34,925 bases of DNA, taken from positions 1 through 34,925 of the forward strand of contig JAVJWO010000172.1 of the NCBI GenBank assembly GCA_040222015.1, read 5' to 3'. Positions 28,065 to 34,925 of this stretch are shown in pieces. The notes under the pieces are model-generated. The model worked only from the letters and a program-made list of their open reading frames with translations, was not told where the DNA came from and made no database searches. Origin of the DNA: Coleofasciculus chthonoplastes F2-STO-03. Its GTDB lineage: Bacteria; Cyanobacteriota; Cyanobacteriia; Cyanobacteriales; Coleofasciculaceae. The translations under genes and the position numbers were made by a program. Each line of letters begins with the position of its first letter. The stretch's first letter is position 1.

Positions 28065-29837
28065 TCAAACATTTACCCGCATCTGAGAAAAACGGATAAA
28101 CTTAGCCATAAGTTTGCGTTTCTGGAACGGGGATTTTTTAGTCAATAGAGTCTGAAATAGGGTTAAACCCCGCTTCTGCCATTCCTGGGCTGCTGTGTCT
28201 TGGTTTAAACCCAATAAGATGCGAATCAGGTTTTGTAGAACCTCTAAATGCCATTCAGGATAGGTGTCTGGGGTCAAGATAATCAAGGCTTGGTGATATT
28301 CAACTACGGCTTTCTGCCAATACTCCTGGTAATTTTGTTGGTACTTTCCTTCCTGATAGTGGGCATTTCCTATTGCTTGATGTAATCGTCCCCAACCTTC
28401 GGGGTGAGTGTCTTGGCGACAATGGTTTAAGCCTTGCTGATACGATAACAATTCCCCTCGATAACCGTATTGAGTCTCAATGGGATTAGATCCGATTGGG
28501 GAGACATGGGGAAATTGTAACGGTACAACAGCCGCCGCTTCGGGGTTATAGTTCCAGGAATTTCCAAGGACAATTCCTCGGTTTATCCAAGCTTGGTGCA
28601 AATCGGGTTTAATTTGAATCGCTTGATCAAACGATGCGATCGCCTGTTCATAGTCTCCTAACCGAAACAGCGCTACACCCCGGTTATGGCAAGCGTTGTG
28701 GAAGTCAGAGTTGATTTGAATCGCTTGATCATAATTCGCGATCGCCTGTTCATATTCCCTTAACTCGGCTAGCGCTACCCCCCGGTTGTTCCAAGCGTCG
28801 TGGAAGTCAGAGTTGATTTGAATCGCTTGGTGATAATTCGCGATCGCCTCTTGCTTCTCTCCTAAATCTGACAGCGCATTACCCCGATTCGTCCAAGCTT
28901 GGTAAAAGTCGGGTTTGATTTGAATCGCTTGATCATAACTCGCGATCGCCTGTTCATATTCTTCTAACTTCACCAATGCATTTCCACGGTTGTACCAATA
29001 TTTGTGGTTATCAGATTTTAGTTCAATGGCTTTATCAAAAGATACCAGCGCTTTTTCCTTTTCCCCTAACTTCGCCAATACATTCCCCCGATTTTGCCAA
29101 ACTTCGTGATTATCGGGTTTTATTTCAATGGCTTTATCAAAAGATGTCAGCGCCTGTTCATATTCCCCTAACTTCACCAAGGCATCACCCCGATTTTGCC
29201 AAACTTCGTGATTATCGGGTTTTAGTTCAATGGCTTTGTCAAAAGATACCAGCGCTTTTTCCTTTTCCCCTAACTTCGCCAATACATTCCCCCGATTTTG
29301 CCAAGCTTCGTGGTTATCGGATTGGATTTCAATGGCTTTATCAAAGGATGTGATAGCACTGAGAAAATTATGATCTGCAAATTGCTGATTCCCTCGATTC
29401 AACCATACTTCTGCTTCATCAGTTTCTGCATTTTCGCTTTTTCTCTCGTCTTCTTCACTTTTCCCCGCAGGTTTCGCCAATAAATCCCTGCCAATATCTG
29501 CGGCAATTTCCCCCAATTCCCCACACCCCAATCGACTCAATTGTAGCAACTGCCAAGCTAACCGATGATCCGCCTCTGGCAATTGCTGCAACTGCTGCCC
29601 ATACTCCAGCAGCCATGCTCTAAAATAGCGATCGTTGATCCGATGTCCCAAATGTTGCGATACCTGTTCTGGGTTCCATCCCTGACTCACTCCAGTTAGC
29701 AGTTGCTCAAATAGCTGCTGATAGTCTGCATCACTGAGACGTTGAAGTTTTACCCGTCGATGTCTTCTCCGTTTAACGCAGGGTGGTAAGATTGGCTGAA
29801 TCAGACGCACTAGCCACCGCCAAAACCGCTTAACCAT
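28065..29837 (-). CDS. Tetratricopeptide repeat protein, possibly C-terminally truncated
   Basis: About 9 tandem 34-aa TPRs (W.NRG..L..LG...EA...FD.AI) encoded by near-identical 102-bp units. Confidence 0.9.
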   Translation of the reverse strand: MVKRFWRWLVRLIQPILPPCVKRRRHRRVKLQRLSDADYQQLFEQLLTGVSQGWNPEQVSQHLGHRINDRYFRAWLLEYGQQLQQLPEADHRLAWQLLQLSRLGCGELGEIAADIGRDLLAKPAGKSEEDERKSENAETDEAEVWLNRGNQQFADHNFLSAITSFDKAIEIQSDNHEAWQNRGNVLAKLGEKEKALVSFDKAIELKPDNHEVWQNRGDALVKLGEYEQALTSFDKAIEIKPDNHEVWQNRGNVLAKLGEKEKALVSFDKAIELKSDNHKYWYNRGNALVKLEEYEQAIASYDQAIQIKPDFYQAWTNRGNALSDLGEKQEAIANYHQAIQINSDFHDAWNNRGVALAELREYEQAIANYDQAIQINSDFHNACHNRGVALFRLGDYEQAIASFDQAIQIKPDLHQAWINRGIVLGNSWNYNPEAAAVVPLQFPHVSPIGSNPIETQYGYRGELLSYQQGLNHCRQDTHPEGWGRLHQAIGNAHYQEGKYQQNYQEYWQKAVVEYHQALIILTPDTYPEWHLEVLQNLIRILLGLNQDTAAQEWQKRGLTLFQTLLTKKSPFQKRKLMAKFIRFSQMRVNV

Positions 29838-29920
29838 CTGTTTTTTATAAAAAGGTTTATTTTACCTTATCGTATTTTAATTCAGGGCTTCGTGCCACCC
29901 AGCCATGAAACCAGAAAAAA

Positions 29921-30012
29921 TTTTGAGTGTTTCAGACGCGCTATAGTTCGTCTGTAGGGGCGGGTTTCACTATTATCGTTTCAGGTTTACCCAAATGCGA
30001 CTAAACCCGCCC
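29921..30012 (+). repeat. 92-bp direct repeat, copy 2 (contains a REP from 29954)
   Basis: Matches 27621-27712, exactly 2300 bp away. Confidence 0.85.
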
Positions 30013-30077
30013 CCGTCTTAGTGGTGTGGCACATTCCAACATCAATAATTTATTCCATTTTATTGGTACTGACTTTT

Positions 30078-30106
30078 GTTGGGTTTCCTACGTCAACCCA
30101 ACCTAC
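30078..30106 (-). repeat. GTAGGTTGGGTT REP-like hairpin
   Basis: gttgggtttcctacgtcaacccaacctac. Confidence 0.7.
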
Positions 30107-30171
30107 AGCTATCCGACTATTAGATATCACGTCACTTTAAATTATTAACTAAAAGCTGAATAATACATTAT

Positions 30172-31851
30172 CTACCGACGGGTCATTTTCTCTAATTTTT
30201 CCTTCACCGCCAATTGAACTAACGAATACAACAAAACAACAAACCAAAACCCTGACAACGTAAACGCGGCAATTGCCCACCCCGTATGGGGCACTAATAA
30301 TAATACTGTTCCCGCCAATAATGCAAACCCCGTTAAACAGGCATAAATCAAACTCTTAATCGCCAAATGAATCCGTTTCAATGCGCGATCGCTCTCCAGG
30401 GAACGCACCCTTACTTGCAGTTCCCCTTGCTCAATTCGGGCTTCTAAACGGCGGATTAACAGTTCCGTGGAACTGGGTTTATTTAACCTATAGGTAATAA
30501 AATCCCTGGCTTGTTTTGCCAGTTCTTTCACCACATCTCCCCGCCCTTTGGAAACGGTTAAATTTTTGACAAAGGGTTGACTGGCGGCTAATAAGTTATA
30601 CTCTGGATTTAAAGCCCGGGCAATCCCATCCAACGTGGTTAACGATTTTAAAATAAACGTCATTTGTGCAGGTAAACGAAACGGTTGCTGCTCAAACATC
30701 ACATACAACTCATTCCCCAATGCTTCAAATTCCCGCACATCGATTGGCTTTTCCCGGAAGCGCTCTAAAATAAACCCGACTAAGCGTTTAACTGGGGTCA
30801 TATCCGGTTGCCGTTCAAGTAACCCCATATAGGTTAAGGTATTCACCACCTCATCGGTATCTTTCCGCAAAACGGCAAAAAAGGTCTTAATCATTTGGTC
30901 TCTGGCAATGGATTTTACCTCCGCCATCGTGCCAAAATCATAGAAAATAATACTGCCGTCCTGATCAACTGCCATATTCCCTGGATGTGGATCGGTCTGA
31001 AAAAAGCCGTCTTCTAATAACTGTTTCAGATAACAACAAATTCCTCGCTGAATCACTTCATTGGTGTTGATTTCACAGGCTTCCAGGGTTTGCCGATCAT
31101 CAATCTTGATACCGGGCATATATTCTAATGTGAGTACCTTCTTAGTCGTATATCGCCAATAAACCGTCGGCACCATAATCCCCGGATAATTATTGAAATT
31201 TTCCCGAAACCGATCGGCATTTTTACCTTCTTGGATATAGTCTACTTCTTGATAGAGTAAATCAAAAAATTCGCGATAAATTGCCTCAAGTTTATACTTC
31301 CTTACCCAAGGCAAATACCGATTAGCAAATCGCACCAATTCGTGTATAATTTTAAAATCTAAATTAAAAAGTCGTTCAATCCTCGGACGCTGCACCTTCA
31401 CCACCACATCTTCTCCGGTGTGCAGCCGTGCTTTGTGAACTTGACCCAAACTAGCCGATGCCAGGGGAAAGGGGTCAAACTCCCGATATAATGCATGAAT
31501 AGATTGACCCAGTTCGACTTCAATTACTGCGATCGCTTCCGCCCCACTAAATGCCGGCACCCGATCCTGTAAATGCGCCAATGCCTCGATGTACTCTAAG
31601 GGCAGTAAATCAGCACGAGTCGAGAGTGCTTGCCCAATCTTAATAAACGTTGGACCTAAATCCAGCAACGCCCCCACCAGCCATTGGGCGCGGCGGTTCC
31701 GGTGATTGGGCGTATCATTAGCAATGGTTTTGTCCCACCATAAATAGAACATAAACTTCGCCGCCGACCGAAAAATGTCAATCTGGCGGGCGAGGGGGGA
31801 ATACTTTCGTCGTTGCCAACGGGGTGGCTTGGGCTTAGCCTTAGTCAGCAT
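30172..31851 (-). CDS. ABC1/AarF/UbiB-family atypical kinase
   Basis: LGPTFIKIGQ, ASLGQVH, VKVQRP, DPHPGN and YDFG. Probable ATG at 31851. Confidence 0.93.
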   Translation of the reverse strand: MLTKAKPKPPRWQRRKYSPLARQIDIFRSAAKFMFYLWWDKTIANDTPNHRNRRAQWLVGALLDLGPTFIKIGQALSTRADLLPLEYIEALAHLQDRVPAFSGAEAIAVIEVELGQSIHALYREFDPFPLASASLGQVHKARLHTGEDVVVKVQRPRIERLFNLDFKIIHELVRFANRYLPWVRKYKLEAIYREFFDLLYQEVDYIQEGKNADRFRENFNNYPGIMVPTVYWRYTTKKVLTLEYMPGIKIDDRQTLEACEINTNEVIQRGICCYLKQLLEDGFFQTDPHPGNMAVDQDGSIIFYDFGTMAEVKSIARDQMIKTFFAVLRKDTDEVVNTLTYMGLLERQPDMTPVKRLVGFILERFREKPIDVREFEALGNELYVMFEQQPFRLPAQMTFILKSLTTLDGIARALNPEYNLLAASQPFVKNLTVSKGRGDVVKELAKQARDFITYRLNKPSSTELLIRRLEARIEQGELQVRVRSLESDRALKRIHLAIKSLIYACLTGFALLAGTVLLLVPHTGWAIAAFTLSGFWFVVLLYSLVQLAVKEKLEKMTRR

Positions 31852-31909
31852 TCTGCCTTTTGCATCTGATGAATGAGGGAACAGGAGCGAGAAACTCTGG
31901 GTCTCCTCT

Positions 31910-32778
31910 TTAATACTGTACGGTTTTATGGCAGAAGAGGCTTGATTCGCTAACTTCGGATTGACGCACCAACCCTGTAGGTTCAAATCGGGAGATTCCT
32001 GAAGTCTCAATTGGAGTATTTGCCCAATCCGCGATCGCAACCGGTTCAGGCGTCTGTTTCCAAGCCTTTTGGCATAAGCCAGAGTCGGATAACCCGAAGG
32101 ATTGATGGAGTAATCCTTGGGATTTTAGCTGAACTGATTGATCAAGCATAGGGGTACACCATTCAGCGACAACTTTAACCTCAATTGGTGGCTGATGCTT
32201 GACATTTTTATCCGGTTGATATATAGCAGGATTATCCTTAAACAGCAGTAGCCAACCCCGATCTGCCTGAAGTGCTTGAGTGGTACTGGCAACCACTTGT
32301 GCCATTGTTTCATCGAGATTGCGATCGCTCTGGATAAACTGACTGAATGGGGAAAGTAGCGTCTGGTATCGTTTAGACCGATCTACCTGCTGGGTAAGCT
32401 GAACGTGAGCGATGGCAACGGCTACAGATTCAGCCACCTCACTTAATCGTTGTTTTTCCGGCGTTGAGGTTGTCGCCCTGAGTAGCCCTCGCCATACCAT
32501 AATCCCATCTGGGGAATTGCCATTGGGCATAAGTCAACGTTGTCGGTTGGGTTGAAAAACGAAACCCAATTCGCTTGGTTAGCTTGAACATTTTGTGCCA
32601 ACCTGACATGCTCCCTTGCTATTTCTGGGGAAAATGCTGCAATTAAGCAACAATCAACCTGAAATGCCTCACCTAATACCTGGGCAATACTCGCCAATAA
32701 CGTCTGTGGATTGGGACTAGCAATGATAATTGAAATAATCTGTTGTCCCAGGGGACTAGATGAAGGCGGGTAATGCAT
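31910..32778 (-). pseudogene. Frameshifted, truncated GAF-domain sensor gene
   Basis: Two overlapping frames give LLASIAQVLGEAFQVDCCLI, then VAVAIAHVQL..QALQADRGWLLL..VVAEW. No output domain follows. Confidence 0.65.
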
Positions 32779-32823
32779 GATAACTAATTCTCGAAAACTT
32801 TGACTTTATGTGATACTTTTGAA

Positions 32824-32844
32824 AAAGTGGAACGTTTCCACTTT
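32824..32844. promoter_or_regulatory. Perfect palindrome, candidate operator
   Basis: AAAGTGGAA-cgt-TTCCACTTT, about 46 bp upstream of the GAF gene start. Confidence 0.4.
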
Positions 32845-33203
32845 CTATTCGATGGCTATTCCATTGGTCAAAACCTCTATAAGTTGTTGTTCGACTCAAC
32901 CCATCAGCTACTTGTAGATGGAATAGACAAAGGGACAAAGCTTACTGGTTGAGCAGCTTTTGTCCTGTGGCGGTAGTTTATGGTTGCCGTTTGCCAAAAA
33001 GTTCATTTCGTCAAAGTTTTGAACAACCATGAGTGAATACCTCTATGCTCCTAGGTGAGAACGGCGGCAACAGTTTTCGCGAAGACATATCCGACGTTTC
33101 ACATGCTTTCCCCAAGTGCTACAAGGCTTAGGGATTAATTTTCGGATTAGTCTTCAGACATCAGTGACGTGCGCTTCGCGCAGGGTGTAGGGGCTAGTCT
33201 CCT

Positions 33204-33279
33204 CCCCTACACCCCACACCCCCACACCCCTACACCCCACACCCCCACACCCCTACACCCCACACCCCCACACCCCTAC
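33204..33279. repeat. C-rich tandem repeat (3 x 23 bp + 7 bp)
   Basis: cccctacaccccacacccccaca x3, preceded by an inverted copy gggtgtagggg at 33183. Confidence 0.92.
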
Positions 33280-33369
33280 CTGACAGGTGTAGGTTTTTTA
33301 CTTTAGGGTGGGGACAAGACAAGGAGGACAAGGAAGGAAAGTAGACCAGGAAGAGAAGAATTGTATAGT

Positions 33370-34543
33370 TCAAGACGTATTTAGGGAAAAAGATTGTCGT
33401 GGAAATAAACCATTCAAGGAAATACCTTTGCCACAAATTAAATCGGCAATAATGTTAATTAATCCTTGTAAAAAACAAGAGATATTCCTTTCTTTTCTTC
33501 TCGAAGCTGATTTGGAATTTATCCGAGAATTCGGCTTAGTTTTATCGTTGAACTGTTTTGATAGATGTTGCTGTTTTTCACTCCCTAAAGTTACTGCCCA
33601 AAGTGTTGCTATTGCCATAGCTAACCAAATTCTTTCGGCTCGATCTGGTTCTCTTAAACGAGTTTTATGCCACTGCCATCCATCACTTTTTATATCTCGA
33701 TAACTTGATTCAATCCAAGAACGTAAACCATACCAAAAGCTTTGAGCTTGTGTTGGTTCTAAGTCGGTAACAATCAACCAGGGTTCTTTATATCCTTCAT
33801 CCCAACGTGCTAATAAAGTACATTCAAGAGAATGGTTCTTGAAACAAGTAACATAACCTGACCACTGTGTTCCTGTTTTTGGGGCAACTGTATCTAAACA
33901 TCTCCATTCCGGATCACATCTAAGTTGATAGTGTCCTTGGTGATTAATTCTTAAAAAAGGATGCCAATTTAAGGAACAAATTGTCTCAAATAGCCAGTCA
34001 GCATATAGTCCCCTATCCGCTAATACGATTACTTGCCAATAGTTGGGAACTACATCCTTGACATAGTGAAAAATATGAAGCCAATGAGGTTTCCAAGAAC
34101 CTTTTTCTGTACCTTTAACAATTTTCCATGCTACGGGAATGCCACAACCTTGATAAAGAACATGAAGGGAAAGAACAGTAAAATTCTGACCAATATTAGT
34201 TGCATCTATTGCTAAGGCTAGACACTTGTCTTCAGACTTCCATAAACTGAGAATCCACTTGAGTAAAGGGGCTCTCGCATTGGCTGACATCTAACTCTCT
34301 TCGCTTTTCTCCTTTCTTTCCTTTACTATCTTGATACCATTCTTTCAGTCTTTGTCTGACTGTATTGCTTTTTTCTCCATTGATTTTAGCGATAAATTCT
34401 GAAACTCGGGTCAGACTACTTGAACCTGTCATCACCATGCCAAAGCTCCAAGTGGCTAAACCGATTACTTCAGGCAAAGATAAATGAGAAAAATGAGAGG
34501 AGACAATTTTTGACCAGTCTTTTAAATGTTTATTTCTTAACAT
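33370..34543 (-). mobile_element. IS4-family DDE transposase with one frameshift (~34275)
   Basis: LAIDAT, VLADRG and YGLRSWIESSYRDIK (YREK signature). The N-terminus is in a second frame. Low GC. Confidence 0.9.
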
Positions 34544-34546
34544 AGC

Positions 34547-34925
34547 TCAACCAATTAACCAATTTTCTGGATGATTAATCATCTTGACTAATCCGCTTAA
34601 AATTTGATTATATGTATGATATATTTTTCTCCCTTGCTCCGTTGATATATACTCACATTTAACAGCAAATTTCAGCCAAACCTGCGTTTCAGCACTTTCG
34701 GCTTCACAATCATTTAACTTAGCCAGAAACGATGCTTTATACCTTCTTTTTCTCCACGCTTCTGCTAAGTTAGCACACACAGCACTTGCTGGAACGTCTA
34801 ATTTGGTCAGTTAGAGAATATCTTTCTTCTAGGGGAAATTGCGCAAGATATTTCAAAAATAGTCATGGCTGCATCAAACGCTTTTTGATAGATAATAAGA
34901 TCTTCATGAGTTTTTATGTTTTTTT
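34547..34925 (-). pseudogene. Four-helix-bundle protein (23S IVP/TIGR02436-like) with two frameshifts; start is off the window
   Basis: Three frames join as HEDLIIYQKAF..FEIS / FPLEERYSLTDQIRRSS / VCANLAEAWRKRRY..ESAETQVWL. Confidence 0.85.

Larger units (their letters stand above)
3352..32328. repeat. Dispersed HIP1 octamers (GCGATCGC)
   Basis: Many copies, e.g. 3352, 9758, 19561, 32031, 32321. HIP1 is a cyanobacterial hallmark. Confidence 0.9.

Noticed and set aside
31852..32040. 63-aa N-terminal extension of the ABC1 kinase
   Set aside because: It overlaps the GAF remnant; the ATG at 31851 is the more plausible start.
2448..34215. Numerous short antisense or alternate-frame ORFs in the track (e.g. 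2672-3001, 5469-5795, 14924-15319, 26560-26982, 33308-33703)
   Set aside because: They overlap well-supported genes or repeats and show no motifs of their own.
28065..34925. Diversity-generating retroelement (Avd-like gene plus repeated TPR DNA)
   Set aside because: No reverse transcriptase in the window and no template/variable repeat pair; the TPR repeats are in-frame tandem units.

Overview
Chromosomal window from a filamentous cyanobacterium. HIP1 GCGATCGC sites are frequent, GTAG-headed REP hairpins and short tandem repeats are common, and the gene content fits; a Coleofasciculus-like organism is an inference. Intact genes: REC-GGDEF diguanylate cyclase, SAM methyltransferase, glpX, hemA, membrane Ser/Thr kinase with TPRs, HAL2-like bisphosphate nucleotidase, AI-2E transporter, speD, DUF6464-like protein, tlyA, ABCD-type transporter, arfB, a seven-gene mrp Na+/H+ antiporter operon, an SLH lipoprotein and an ABC1/AarF kinase. 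Between them lie many gene remnants and mobile sequences: a tnpB IS left end cutting an LD-carboxypeptidase, a truncated phoD, an IS1634-derived mini-element, a hydrolase fragment, a MITE inserted in a REP, a TPR gene bracketed by 92-bp direct repeats, a broken GAF gene and a frameshifted IS4 transposase coupled to a four-helix-bundle gene. The top candidate is a ~4-kb AT-rich STAND (NACHT/Avs-like) NTPase gene. Its Walker A motif lies upstream of the called start and abuts the kinase stop codon, and it has no N-terminal effector. No rRNA, tRNA or CRISPR array was seen. All family calls come from motif recognition by eye; no searches were run.
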